Counted from the first letter of the stretch, positions 46,935-57,070 are shown. The stretch: 64,000 nt of DNA from a bacterium (GCA_037143135.1 JBAWZH010000002.1:2696-66695); one strand, 5' to 3'. Numbers and translations: made by a program. Notes: generated by a model not told the origin, from the sequence alone.

Positions 46935-47937
46935 ACGGGGACTGGTTGACGAGATCGTCGGCGAAATCACGTCTCACGGCGGACGGATCACCTTTGAGCG
47001 TTTCATGGAAATGGCGCTCTATCATCCCCGCCTGGGATACTACACGGGAATCCCCCGGATCGGACGAGATGGCGATTTCTTCACCAATGTCAGTGTGGGT
47101 TCCCTCTTCGGGCGCATCCTGGCGAAACAGTTCCTGACGTTCAGAGACGAACTTGGCAACCCACCGGACTTCAGGATAGTCGAGTTCGGCGGACATCATG
47201 GACAGTTGCGCGACGACGTGCTTCGAGAGGCGCCCGATTTGGATTATCATGTCATTGAGAACGGTGACTCCCTGCCCGACACGATATCAGGCTGTGTGTT
47301 CTCCAACGAATTCCTGGATGCCCTTCCCGTCCATCGCGTAACGGTGGTGGGAGGACAATGGCAGGAACTCTACGTTACCACCCAGGCAGTCAACGGGACG
47401 CCATTCGTTGAAGTTGCCGGCCCCCTATCCTCGCCCCGCATCGAAGCGTACTTGCGCGATCTGCCAGCCCACCTGATGGAAGGCTACACCACGGAAATCA
47501 ATCTCCGATCATGGGACTGGATGGATGACATCGCCCGACGACTGACACAGGGGTATGTTCTCACCATCGACTACGGGCATGAGCGCAATAACCATTTTGC
47601 TCCGCACCGCCGCGACGGAACGCTCCTCTGTTATCACCGTCATACCCAATCCGCCAATCCGTTCGAACACATCGGCCTCCAGGACATAACGGCCCATGTT
47701 GAGTTCACTTCACTGATGGAACAGGGCGAACGATCAGGTCTGGAAACAGTTCTGTTCTGCGACCAAACTCAATACATCCTGAATGCCGGACTCAAGATTA
47801 TCGAGTCCATTGCCACGGGCAATGCCGGACAATGGAGCCCGGAACGCAATCAAATTCATCAACTCATGCACCCGTCCATGATGGGTCGGGCCTTCAAAGT
47901 TATGATACAACGAAAAATCACAAACCATGAGCCATAA
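46906..47937 (+). CDS. SAM-dependent methyltransferase, DUF185 (MidA/NDUFAF7-like) family
   Basis: ITFERFMEMALYHPRLGYYT, GDFFTNVSVG..FG, IVEFGGHHGQL and FSNEFLDALPVHRV. The ATG at 46906 is preferred over the TTG at 46876. Confidence 0.8.
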   Translation: MTMAPSGRNKRGLVDEIVGEITSHGGRITFERFMEMALYHPRLGYYTGIPRIGRDGDFFTNVSVGSLFGRILAKQFLTFRDELGNPPDFRIVEFGGHHGQLRDDVLREAPDLDYHVIENGDSLPDTISGCVFSNEFLDALPVHRVTVVGGQWQELYVTTQAVNGTPFVEVAGPLSSPRIEAYLRDLPAHLMEGYTTEINLRSWDWMDDIARRLTQGYVLTIDYGHERNNHFAPHRRDGTLLCYHRHTQSANPFEHIGLQDITAHVEFTSLMEQGERSGLETVLFCDQTQYILNAGLKIIESIATGNAGQWSPERNQIHQLMHPSMMGRAFKVMIQRKITNHEP

Positions 47938-48649
47938 TCAGGATTTCAGAGTCGGCAACAAGACAGTAATCGCCCGACGTCGCCACCAGCCCACGGGCCT
48001 CACCATTCTTCATGAGGATCGCGAGATCATTGTGGTCGATAAGCAACCCGGCCTGCTGACGATTGCCACAGATGACGAACGGATCAGAACGGCCTATCAC
48101 GTGTTAACCAACTATGTGCGCAAGGGCAATTCAAAGTCACACGAACGCGTCTTTATCGTCCACCGTCTGGATCGGGACACCTCGGGCGTCCTCATATTTG
48201 CCAGAACTGAGAGAGTGAAGCGGACGTTACAGGATAACTGGGACCATACTGAAAAACATTATCTGGCCATCGTACACGGGATACTTTCAAAGAAGAACGA
48301 TACGATCAGTTCCTACCTGACAGAAAACGCCGCATTTCGGGTCTATTCCACGCCGAACCATGCGAAGGGGTTACTCGCGCATACCGCCTACCGGGTGATA
48401 CGGGAGTCCAGAAAGATGAGTCTTCTGGATGTCACGCTGCTGACCGGCCGAAAGAACCAGATTCGCGTCCATCTGGCAGAACACGGTCACCCCATAGTCG
48501 GCGACCCAAAGTACGGACGACCGCACGATCCGAATCGTTTCCTGGCGCTGCATGCCCATTCCATTTCGATTCAGCACCCCTTTACCGGAGAGCGAACGAC
48601 TTTTGAAGCGCCGATTCCTGCCCATTTTATCCGGCTGCTCCCAGCCTGA
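47927..48649 (+). CDS. RluA-family pseudouridine synthase (no S4 domain)
   Basis: ILHEDREIIVVDKQPGLLT, catalytic HRLDRDTSGVLIFA, and TGRKNQIRVHLAEHGHPIVGDPKYG. Confidence 0.85.
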   Translation: MSHNQDFRVGNKTVIARRRHQPTGLTILHEDREIIVVDKQPGLLTIATDDERIRTAYHVLTNYVRKGNSKSHERVFIVHRLDRDTSGVLIFARTERVKRTLQDNWDHTEKHYLAIVHGILSKKNDTISSYLTENAAFRVYSTPNHAKGLLAHTAYRVIRESRKMSLLDVTLLTGRKNQIRVHLAEHGHPIVGDPKYGRPHDPNRFLALHAHSISIQHPFTGERTTFEAPIPAHFIRLLPA

Positions 48650-48669
48650 AAGGGAGATTCGCCGCAATC

Positions 48670-49437
48670 TCAATACCAGACACGCCAGAGGAATAGTCCC
48701 CTGGACGGAGCGGTGGGCACGCGGGCGGTTCTGAGTCTCGAGGCCAGTATATCCCGCACCTCATCAGGCTTCACATGACCCTGCCCGACCCTGAGCAAAA
48801 GCCCTGTCAGGCTACGGACCATCTTGTAGAGAAATCCATCACTGGCAGCGCGGATGACGACCAGAGATCCCTGCTGTCTCACCATCAGATAGAACACTTC
48901 ACGAACCGTGCTCTCCACCTCGACATTGGGGTTTGCCGTAAACGAGGCGAAGTCATGACGCCCCACCAGAAGTCGGGCCGCTTCCTGCATGGCCTTCACG
49001 TTCAACGACTGGCGGACATGCGTTGCATACAGGCGCCGACAGGGATCCATGACGGCACTGTTCCAGATAAAATACCGGTATTCTTTCTTCACCGCGCTGC
49101 GCCGGGCATGAAAATCCGGTTTTGCCCGGTTCAGGCGGAGGATCCTGATATCCTGGGGCAACACGGCGTTCATTCCTTTGAGGAGATATCCGCACACCCA
49201 TTTCCTCGACAGGTCAAAATGCGCCACTTGCCCCCGGGCATGAACGCCCCCGTCCGTCCGACCACTGCCATGAACCTTTACCGTCTCGCCGGTAAGTTTC
49301 TTCAAAGTCTCCTCGATCCGCTGCTGGACGGTTACATGAACGGGCTGAACCTGCCACCCGGCATAGGACGTGCCATCATAAGCTACAGTAACCTTGTAGC
49401 GGAACGTCTTCGCGGAACTCTTCTTTAACTCACTCAT
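48670..49437 (-). CDS. truA: tRNA pseudouridine(38-40) synthase
   Basis: YKVTVAYDGTSYAGWQVQP, GSGRTDGGVHARGQVAHFD (catalytic Asp) and FLYKMVRS. Confidence 0.9.
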   Translation of the reverse strand: MSELKKSSAKTFRYKVTVAYDGTSYAGWQVQPVHVTVQQRIEETLKKLTGETVKVHGSGRTDGGVHARGQVAHFDLSRKWVCGYLLKGMNAVLPQDIRILRLNRAKPDFHARRSAVKKEYRYFIWNSAVMDPCRRLYATHVRQSLNVKAMQEAARLLVGRHDFASFTANPNVEVESTVREVFYLMVRQQGSLVVIRAASDGFLYKMVRSLTGLLLRVGQGHVKPDEVRDILASRLRTARVPTAPSRGLFLWRVWY

Positions 49438-49666
49438 TCACTGTATGTGTCTCGAAAAAAAATCAAGCGCGGTCATGTCAATATTCTACCGATGACACAA
49501 TAGGTTCAGCAAGGTGGCGGAATAGTAAGCGAGAGTCAATACATTTGACCTATAGAGCGTTTCATTGACTTCTAACCTTGACTCCCCTCCACTAACCCAG
49601 TATCCATAACGCTTATTGTTTTTCGGGAAAGATGTTTTTTGAACAGATCAGGGAAGGAATACTTTC

Positions 49667-51358
49667 ATGATGATCATGAAGTTTAACAAGATGATCCGGA
49701 ACAAGGTTGTCTGGTGGATCATAGCGGGCGTGGTGATCGTAACCTTCGTCGGGTTCTTCACACCCAACGGCGGGTGCGACAAGGGACGTCCGGTCGGCAA
49801 GGCCGGCACACTCGACGGGGTTCCCGTCACGGATAGTGAGTTGCGCCAGGCACGGCTCAACACCTACATGGGACTCTGCCTGAGCGTCGGGAAAATCATC
49901 ACCATCACCCCCAGACTCGACAGGGAACTTCGGGAGATGTCATGGAAGCGGGTGGCTGCGCTTCGCGCCGCCCAGGAGATGGGCATCACATCCAGCCCTG
50001 AAGAAGTCCTGGCCATGCTCAAGCGAGACCCCCAGTTTCAGGAGGACGGAACCTTTAGCAAGCAACGGTATCAGTATTTCTGCCAGAGCGTCCTGGGAAG
50101 CCTGAACGTCTCCATGCCTCAATTCGAACATCAACTTACCGAAAATATCATTCTCCAGAAATTGCACGGCATCGCATCCTCGGCTGTCTGGGTGAGCGCC
50201 ACGGAATTGAATCGCATGGCGGCCCGCTACGCCGACTCCTTCCGCATCGATTATATCAGTCTCGATACGAACAGTATTCCGCCGGAGTCCGTCACAGTAT
50301 CGGAGTCCGATCTTCAGTCCTACTACACTCGGAACACCAATGCCTTCATGGTGCCCCCGAAAGTGGCGGTGCGTTACATCGATATTCCCGTCGCGGATTA
50401 CATGACGAAGGCAGTGGAGAAGGTCGATACCAACTCAATTGAGGAGTATTACGCCTCCCATAACGATGAGTTCTCAACAACAGACACCAATGGCGTCAAA
50501 TCCGTCACCCCCTTCGAAACCGTTTCAGCGGTAATTTCAAACCGGCTGATTCATGCCGCCGCCATCCAGCTCGCACGCGATGCGGCAAACGACCTCAGCG
50601 ACAGTCTCGTCCCTGATTTGAAAGGCAATTCCCTCTCCTTCGACGCCATGGCGGCGAAGGCAAAACTCAGCGTTCACAAGACCGATCTCTTTGACAGGGA
50701 ATCCGAACTGCCTGGAATTGACGCTGGCATGGCCTTCAAGGCGGCGGCCTTCCGAGTGCGCCCCGCCAATGACGAGCGTTTCAGCGATGCCATCGCAGGC
50801 TCCAATCATATCTACCTGCTGACGTTGGCCACCAATACCGAGGCGTATATTCCGGCCTTCGACGCGGTTCGAAGTCAGGTGAAGCCGCTGGCCGTCTCCA
50901 AGGCAATCTTGGAAGCTCTGGATCAAAAGGCGAAAGCCCTTCACCTTTTCTTCCAGACCGGTCTGAACAACAAAAAATCATTCATCAGCCTGGCCAAGGA
51001 GATGACCCTGAATGTGCACACCACCGCCGTATTTTCGGCCTATTCGGCTCCCGATAATCTCAGTTCTCCTGAAATTCTGAGTGACATCACCGCCCGCAAC
51101 GCGGGTGAACTTTCTGATGTCCTGCCGGGCGCCGACGGCCTGATCATTGCCTACGTGGTGGAACGAACGCCTGCCAGCCCTGATGAACTTTCCTCTGTCC
51201 AAAACCAGGTCATGACAAGCACGATCCGGCGCAGAACCCGTCTCCTCTTTGGCGAATGGCAAAAATCCCTCATCGCCGGCGGGAAAAAGAAAGACCTTCA
51301 GACTGTCGAATCGAGCAACGAAAAAAACCCTGTCGGCGATGACGCGCTGGATTATTAA
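49667..51358 (+). CDS. PpiD/SurA-N-domain periplasmic chaperone-like protein (membrane-anchored)
   Basis: N-terminal anchor VVWWIIAGVVIVTFVGFF and a SurA_N-like region (VPVTDSELRQA...). The length (563 aa) and layout are typical of PpiD. I did not see a clear catalytic parvulin signature. Confidence 0.65.
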   Translation: MMIMKFNKMIRNKVVWWIIAGVVIVTFVGFFTPNGGCDKGRPVGKAGTLDGVPVTDSELRQARLNTYMGLCLSVGKIITITPRLDRELREMSWKRVAALRAAQEMGITSSPEEVLAMLKRDPQFQEDGTFSKQRYQYFCQSVLGSLNVSMPQFEHQLTENIILQKLHGIASSAVWVSATELNRMAARYADSFRIDYISLDTNSIPPESVTVSESDLQSYYTRNTNAFMVPPKVAVRYIDIPVADYMTKAVEKVDTNSIEEYYASHNDEFSTTDTNGVKSVTPFETVSAVISNRLIHAAAIQLARDAANDLSDSLVPDLKGNSLSFDAMAAKAKLSVHKTDLFDRESELPGIDAGMAFKAAAFRVRPANDERFSDAIAGSNHIYLLTLATNTEAYIPAFDAVRSQVKPLAVSKAILEALDQKAKALHLFFQTGLNNKKSFISLAKEMTLNVHTTAVFSAYSAPDNLSSPEILSDITARNAGELSDVLPGADGLIIAYVVERTPASPDELSSVQNQVMTSTIRRRTRLLFGEWQKSLIAGGKKKDLQTVESSNEKNPVGDDALDY

Positions 51359-52368
51359 CGAATGACGTCCGACGCGCGTCCGCATTGGGTACATCCACGG
51401 TCATTTAGACCCGTGATCCGGGTTCGATAGCCGATCCGTTCGATCAGCATTGCACCACACCCGGGACAATCGGTGTTCTGTCCCGTCTTCAGTGGCAGAT
51501 TTCCCACATAGACGTAGGCCAATGATTCGCGGCACACCTGATACGCATGAAGTAAAACAGAACTCGGCGTGGGTGGCGCCTGGAGTTGAAAATCCGGATG
51601 AAACGCGCTCAGGTGCAACGGCGTCAGAGGGCCCAGTTCGTTCCTTATCCACGTCGCCAATTGACGCACCCCCTCCTCTGAATCATTCAGTCCCGGAATA
51701 ATCAGATTGGTGATTTCGAGATGACAACCTGCCTTCACGGCCTGTTTGCAGAAATTTAACACCGGTTTTAGAGTGCCCTTGCAGTATTTCCGATAAAAAT
51801 CGTCATCCATGCTCTTGATGTCCACATTGAGGGCGTCTATCAAGGGTAACAATTCAGACGCGGGACTTTCCTCGCAATATCCGTTGGTCACGAGAACATT
51901 CGTTCCGCCCTCTGATCGAACCAACCGGCTACAGTCTCGAACAAACTCAAACCCGACCAACGGCTCGTTGTAGGTGTAGGCCATCCGGACGCCCCCCTCC
52001 GCCTTCATCAACGTGATCACCTGGTCCGGGGTGTGCCGCGCCGCCGACTGGCGGAAATCCTGGGAAATCGCCCAATTCTGACAAAACGAACAGGCCAAAT
52101 TGCAACCCCAGCCTCCCACGCTGAAAATGGTGGAACCCGGATGAAAATGATACAGCGGCTTTTTTTCGATGGGATCACTGTGGATTGAGGAAATCATCCC
52201 GTAGCCGATCGCCCTCACCGCGCCCCCGACAGTCGCCCTGACCCGGCATCGTCCGGTGTGCCCTTCCCGGATCCGACACCGATGCGGACAGAGCAGACAC
52301 TCACAGGTTCCGTCCTGGTGGCCCTGCCAGTAATCCGCCTGAATCCCTTGATGATGGTTGTCGTTCAT
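51355..52368 (-). CDS. AmmeMemoRadiSam-system radical SAM enzyme (PflA-related activase family)
   Basis: CLLCPHRCRIREGHTGRCRVR, DPIEKKPLYHFHPGS and the C-x3-C-x2-C cluster motif CNLACSFCQNW. The ATG at 52368 is preferred. Confidence 0.85.
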   Translation of the reverse strand: MNDNHHQGIQADYWQGHQDGTCECLLCPHRCRIREGHTGRCRVRATVGGAVRAIGYGMISSIHSDPIEKKPLYHFHPGSTIFSVGGWGCNLACSFCQNWAISQDFRQSAARHTPDQVITLMKAEGGVRMAYTYNEPLVGFEFVRDCSRLVRSEGGTNVLVTNGYCEESPASELLPLIDALNVDIKSMDDDFYRKYCKGTLKPVLNFCKQAVKAGCHLEITNLIIPGLNDSEEGVRQLATWIRNELGPLTPLHLSAFHPDFQLQAPPTPSSVLLHAYQVCRESLAYVYVGNLPLKTGQNTDCPGCGAMLIERIGYRTRITGLNDRGCTQCGRASDVIR

Positions 52369-52420
52369 TGTGCTTTTGCTACCATGACGGTACCATTTAG
52401 CCATGAAAGGAACAACCCGC

Positions 52421-53596
52421 ATGAAAGCCTTTCTCATCGTTTTGGATTCCGTGGGAATCGGTTCAGCGCCGGATGCCGATGCCTATGGGGATTCCGGGGC
52501 CAACACTCTGGCACACATCGGGCAGCGCGTGGGCGGCTTGAACCTCCCGACACTCGAATCCCTGGGTCTCGGCAACATTCCCGCCGTTTTGCCAGGCGGC
52601 ATTCCGATCCCGGGAGTTCGATCACTCCCCGAGACGGAAGGCGGATTTGGCGCCATGCGGGAACGATCCGTTGGTAAGGACACCACAACCGGGCATTGGG
52701 AGATGGCCGGATTACTGATGGACAAGGGGTTCCATCTCTTTCCCCATGATGCACCGTCATTCCCCGCGCCCTTGATTCATGAATTTGAACGCCTTACCGG
52801 ACGTACGGCCATCGGGAACAAGGCGGCAAATGGGCTCGCCATCATCGATGAACTGGGCCCCCGGCAGATGAAAGAGGGATCCTGGATCGTCTATACCAGC
52901 GCCGACTCCGTGTTTCAGATCGCCGCGCATGAAGAGATCATCCCCCTTGCCGAACTCTATGAAGGCTGCCGGATCGCCCGTGAGCTGTGCAACCCCTATG
53001 TTGTCGGACGAGTGATCGCACGACCCTATATTGGCGCTCCCGGCGCGTTCAGGCGAACGGAAAACCGGCGTGACTTTTCGTATCCGCTCCCCGAACCCAC
53101 CGTTCTGGATCGCTTGTCGGAACAAGGCATCAGAGTCATCACCGTGGGAAAACTCGACGATATTTTCGCCGGCCATGGCATTGCGGAATCATTCCATGTG
53201 GAAAACAATCCCGATGCTGAAAGGGCGCTCCTGAAACTGGCCGACCGTTCTGATTCGTTCTTCTGTTTTGCCAACCTCATTGACTTCGACATGCTCTACG
53301 GACATCGCAGGGATGCCCCGGGTTACGCCTGCGCTTTGGAGCAAACGGATCGATTCCTGGCGGCCCTGCTTCCAAAACTGGCGCCTGAGGATCTGCTGAT
53401 CATCACCGCCGACCATGGGAATGACCCCACCTTCAAAGGTTCGGATCACACCCGTGAATTTGTTCCGCTTCTGACCCGGGGAGCGGGTCAACGCAATAAA
53501 TCATTGGGAATCCGAAACGGTTTCTTTGATATTGCCCAAACTCTCGCCTCGTTTTTCATGAGTGAGCCCCTTCCTCGCGGGGTGAGTTTCCTTTGA
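52421..53596 (+). CDS. deoB: Phosphopentomutase
   Basis: MKAFLIVLDSVGIG, GKDTTTGHWE, ITADHGNDPT and GSDHTRE. AAGGAA lies upstream of the ATG at 52421. Confidence 0.9.
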   Translation: MKAFLIVLDSVGIGSAPDADAYGDSGANTLAHIGQRVGGLNLPTLESLGLGNIPAVLPGGIPIPGVRSLPETEGGFGAMRERSVGKDTTTGHWEMAGLLMDKGFHLFPHDAPSFPAPLIHEFERLTGRTAIGNKAANGLAIIDELGPRQMKEGSWIVYTSADSVFQIAAHEEIIPLAELYEGCRIARELCNPYVVGRVIARPYIGAPGAFRRTENRRDFSYPLPEPTVLDRLSEQGIRVITVGKLDDIFAGHGIAESFHVENNPDAERALLKLADRSDSFFCFANLIDFDMLYGHRRDAPGYACALEQTDRFLAALLPKLAPEDLLIITADHGNDPTFKGSDHTREFVPLLTRGAGQRNKSLGIRNGFFDIAQTLASFFMSEPLPRGVSFL

Positions 53597-53627
53597 TCCC
53601 GTAATCCCTTCGTGATACCTTTTCCGT

Positions 53628-54320
53628 GTGGCTGACAAATCAATACCCTGCCAGAATTGCGGCAACGTCATTACGGTATCGGAATTCGTTTCCGCGAAAA
53701 CGTTGACCTGCATGAAATGCAAGGCCCAGGTGACTATTCCGATCCCGGAGGCCGCTCCTGTCGAGCCCCAACCGAAATTGCGTCTTGCCCCTTCCCCCGT
53801 GACCGATTCCCCGACCGGTTCGGATGCCGCATCGGGGGATCACCCGCGCCAGAAGAAACATGACCCTCACGCGATGCGGAATGTCCTTCCCCAATACAAA
53901 CGGCGGAAACTGAAACGCAGGGTGACGGCTTTTGAAGTCAAGGTATTGCCCTGGCTTCTCTTCTTTATTCTGGCAGCCATCCTCGCCTGGGTGCGCTATG
54001 TGCCTGGCGCGGTTTCCCCGGACCTCCTGAAGTTGATGATCAGTGGAGGAGTCTGGACCCTTCTCTTTCTTCACATATCGGTCGTCTGTTATGCCTTCAC
54101 CGACGACTCCTTCTTTGGCATACTCTGCCTGATCATCCCCGGCTATTCCCTCTACTATTTGTACGTCCAGTCGGATCAGATGATACTCCGATCCCTGGCC
54201 GGCGCGCTCCTCATCGCTTTTGGTTGGGATGCTTTACTCGCGGCCCAGAATCTCTGGATCGAAGTTTACAATACTGTCTCGATCTGGATTGCCACCACAG
54301 ACACAATCAAAAAGAAATAG
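53628..54320 (+). CDS. Hypothetical protein: N-terminal zinc ribbon plus C-terminal 4-helix membrane domain
   Basis: GTG start. CQNCGNVITV...CMKCKAQV, then a Pro-rich basic linker and hydrophobic helices (VLPWLLFFILAAILAWV and others). Confidence 0.5.
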   Translation: MADKSIPCQNCGNVITVSEFVSAKTLTCMKCKAQVTIPIPEAAPVEPQPKLRLAPSPVTDSPTGSDAASGDHPRQKKHDPHAMRNVLPQYKRRKLKRRVTAFEVKVLPWLLFFILAAILAWVRYVPGAVSPDLLKLMISGGVWTLLFLHISVVCYAFTDDSFFGILCLIIPGYSLYYLYVQSDQMILRSLAGALLIAFGWDALLAAQNLWIEVYNTVSIWIATTDTIKKK

Positions 54321-54681
54321 AAGATCCCCGGGTCGGGCGCATCCGGTACGAGGCCACGGCCGTATCGATCAGTCCTGCAATATAGATCATCGTGCTAAGG
54401 GCCAACGGGAGAAGAATGGCGCCGACTCCCGGCGCCTTTCCGGTCGCCCCCTTGAAATCAACGGCAAAGGCATAATACGCCTTCAACACACCCACAATCT
54501 CTAGAACAAACCAGACAAACCCGATCGTGAAAACGAACACGAACCCGATCCCCGCCACCCACCGGCGCTGCATCAATTGACCGGTTCCCGGATAAACCAG
54601 AGCCGATAGCAACATGGGTGAAAACGGAGTCTTGCGATCACCGTTCGCTTTCAAGGGAGGGGGCTGGGATTCAGACTTCAC
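54307..54681 (-). CDS. Hypothetical small membrane protein
   Basis: 124 aa with 3 hydrophobic helices. It lies 3 nt downstream of alr on the same strand and overlaps the convergent 53628-54320 ORF by 14 nt. Confidence 0.4.
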   Translation of the reverse strand: MKSESQPPPLKANGDRKTPFSPMLLSALVYPGTGQLMQRRWVAGIGFVFVFTIGFVWFVLEIVGVLKAYYAFAVDFKGATGKAPGVGAILLPLALSTMIYIAGLIDTAVASYRMRPTRGSSISF

Positions 54682-54684
54682 ACG

Positions 54685-55812
54685 TTAATCGCTCCGGATA
54701 TTGGTCAGGATCTCGTAAGGAATGGTCTGGCACCATCGCGCCAATTCATCCGCCCAGAGACACTCGTTGCCCTGCGTCCCGATCAGCGTCACTTCATCAC
54801 CCGACTTGACCCCTCCCTGTGGACCCACATCGACCATGGTAAAGTTCATGGTCACGCGGCCGACCACCTTGGCGCGCCGTCCCCCGACGAGGACATGGCC
54901 CTTGTTGCTCATCAGGCGCGACAAACCGTCTGAATAGCCGACATCAATGGTGGCCAACCAGGTGGGTTCCGGGGTGATGTGCGTGCTCAGATAGCCCACC
55001 GGAAATCCGGAAGGCACCTGTTTAACTTGCACGACACGGGTCTTCCATTGAAGCAAGGGATTGGTGTGTACTCGCGAATCGTTACGCTTTCCGCCATACC
55101 CGTAGGCCAGAATTCCAATGCGGACACCGTCAAAATCCAGTTCGGGATGAGCCACAAATGCCGCACTGTTTGCCACATGCTTAAAGAGGTTGTCGAGTCC
55201 GCAGTCCCGGCACCCTTTCACCACCTGATTGAACCGGGACGCCTGAACGGCGGCAAAACTATCACCGACCTTCCCGGCGGACGCAAAATGCATGCAGATT
55301 CCGCGAATATCGAGCCCTCCTCCACGTTGAAGCCTCGACAACAGAACGGGCGCCCCTTCCCATGGGATTCCGAATCGTCCCATCCCCGTGTCAATTTTTA
55401 CATGACACGCCAGAGGTTTCCCGGAGCGTCTCGCCGTTTCAGACAATTGCACAGCCTGTTCCTCACAAATCAAAACAGGAATGATCCGGTGGTTCGTCAA
55501 GTCAGGGACATCCGACGGCCATACTGCGCCCAACAAGAGGATGTTAACGTCTGGCAGCACCGCGCGCAGCGCCATGGCTTCATCCATCCGTGCGACCAGA
55601 AACCATCTGACACCACACTCAAAGGCCTTGGTGGAAACAACGTTCAAGCCATGCCCATAGGCATTGGCTTTGACAACCTGGATAATCTCTGCCGACCCGG
55701 AAAGGGTCGATTTGATCGCCAGGATATTCCGGCACATCACCTCTGAATCCAACTCGATCCAGGCATTTCGTCTCGTCACGATCACGTCACTTTCTTTCCG
55801 ACACTCCGACAC
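54685..55812 (-). CDS. alr: Alanine racemase
   Basis: 375 aa. VVKANAYGHG (PLP-lysine), a C-terminal beta-domain with VGRVTMNFTMVD and a ...PYEILTNI tail. Confidence 0.9.
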   Translation of the reverse strand: MSECRKESDVIVTRRNAWIELDSEVMCRNILAIKSTLSGSAEIIQVVKANAYGHGLNVVSTKAFECGVRWFLVARMDEAMALRAVLPDVNILLLGAVWPSDVPDLTNHRIIPVLICEEQAVQLSETARRSGKPLACHVKIDTGMGRFGIPWEGAPVLLSRLQRGGGLDIRGICMHFASAGKVGDSFAAVQASRFNQVVKGCRDCGLDNLFKHVANSAAFVAHPELDFDGVRIGILAYGYGGKRNDSRVHTNPLLQWKTRVVQVKQVPSGFPVGYLSTHITPEPTWLATIDVGYSDGLSRLMSNKGHVLVGGRRAKVVGRVTMNFTMVDVGPQGGVKSGDEVTLIGTQGNECLWADELARWCQTIPYEILTNIRSD

Positions 55813-55814
55813 GA

Positions 55815-56237
55815 TTACGCCTGCATGGCGCCCCCCTGCGGCATCGGGGGTGGACTGACCCGATTGACCCGCAAGGGGTATCTCAGTTTCAAGTCTCCAT
55901 CAAGAAGGATTTCAATCCAGTAAACTCCCTCCTTCTCAAACTTCAGATTAACGAAAAACTCAACATTGGTAACCGAGCATTCCGGGTTCGCGAGTTGCAC
56001 CGCAATGGCCTGGCCTTCTGCAACGACTACGCCATTATCCGGCCCCACAATCCGGGTCTTTTCATTGAAATTCCCCTGCCCGCTACACCACCTGTTGACG
56101 AGGCAGACCCGGGGGAATACAGAGGGAAATTGGGGTAATCCAATCACATCGAAAAGACCGATGAGGATGAATTTTCCCGTTCGCTCCTGTCTGACATCAT
56201 CACACAACACACTCATTTGGAGATCCGGCGACATCAT
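55815..56237 (-). CDS. Hypothetical small soluble protein (DUF-type; N-terminal LCDDV..E..GKF.LIG.F motif)
   Basis: The ATG at 56237 forms an ATGA overlap with the acyltransferase stop, and the gene ends 2 nt before alr. No function recognised. Confidence 0.5.
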   Translation of the reverse strand: MMSPDLQMSVLCDDVRQERTGKFILIGLFDVIGLPQFPSVFPRVCLVNRWCSGQGNFNEKTRIVGPDNGVVVAEGQAIAVQLANPECSVTNVEFFVNLKFEKEGVYWIEILLDGDLKLRYPLRVNRVSPPPMPQGGAMQA

Positions 56238-57070
56238 GGCACAACTCCTTTTATGGTTCCGCCCCATTCCTTGAGATGGGAGGCAACGTGACGAACCACC
56301 GTCACATGCTCTTCCCGTCCGCTTCCCGTGACTCCGATCCTATTGCCGAAAGCAAAATGAATGGTTCGGGAGGGATAAACCAGACCCATATCTTTGATCC
56401 ACTTTCCGTTGGCCATAAAATCGGTTTTCAAGGCCAGCGGTATGACCGGCGCGCCTGCGCGTGCCGCGAGTTTAATCCCCAGCGTGTTGAATCCATCGAC
56501 ATCGAATTCCGCAGACCGGGTGGCCTGCGGGAAAATCACAACAGACACCCCCTGACTGAGTAATTCGGCGCCGCGGGTCAAAACCAGCTTGAGATCCTCC
56601 CGCGGGTTATTGCGTGCAACAGCGATATGCGGCACGGCACACATGATCGGCCCAAAGATGGGATGCGTGGTCAAACTCTGCTTGACCACAAATGCGACCT
56701 CCTTGAAGGGCAGGATAAGGCAAGGCATGGCAATCGTTTCCAGTGAACCCATGTGGTTTCCAATGATCACGACAGGGCCCTGGGTATCCACCAGATGATG
56801 CAATCCCGTGACCGCAAAACGTCCTCCCAACTTCTCCGCGACCGTCAGGGAACTCCAGGAACTGTTCAAATATCCATCACGCCCAAAACAGCCCTGCCTA
56901 ATCCTTCGTTTGGCCAGGGCGTATACCCTTAAAATTCGGGCGTGAAACAACACAGCACGAAGCACTTCCAACGGGCCCCAATTCCGGGCGGTTTTGCATG
57001 CCGAGGTTGTGTATGCCAACTGTTGTTTCAGTTGGCGTTCAAACGCTTTCGGCTTATCGTCATTCCACAT
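56234..57070 (-). CDS. Lysophospholipid (1-acyl-sn-glycerol-3-phosphate) acyltransferase family protein
   Basis: Acyltransferase motif I variant IGNHMGSLE (H-x4-E instead of H-x4-D) and motif III FPQATRS. Confidence 0.7.
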   Translation of the reverse strand: MWNDDKPKAFERQLKQQLAYTTSACKTARNWGPLEVLRAVLFHARILRVYALAKRRIRQGCFGRDGYLNSSWSSLTVAEKLGGRFAVTGLHHLVDTQGPVVIIGNHMGSLETIAMPCLILPFKEVAFVVKQSLTTHPIFGPIMCAVPHIAVARNNPREDLKLVLTRGAELLSQGVSVVIFPQATRSAEFDVDGFNTLGIKLAARAGAPVIPLALKTDFMANGKWIKDMGLVYPSRTIHFAFGNRIGVTGSGREEHVTVVRHVASHLKEWGGTIKGVVP

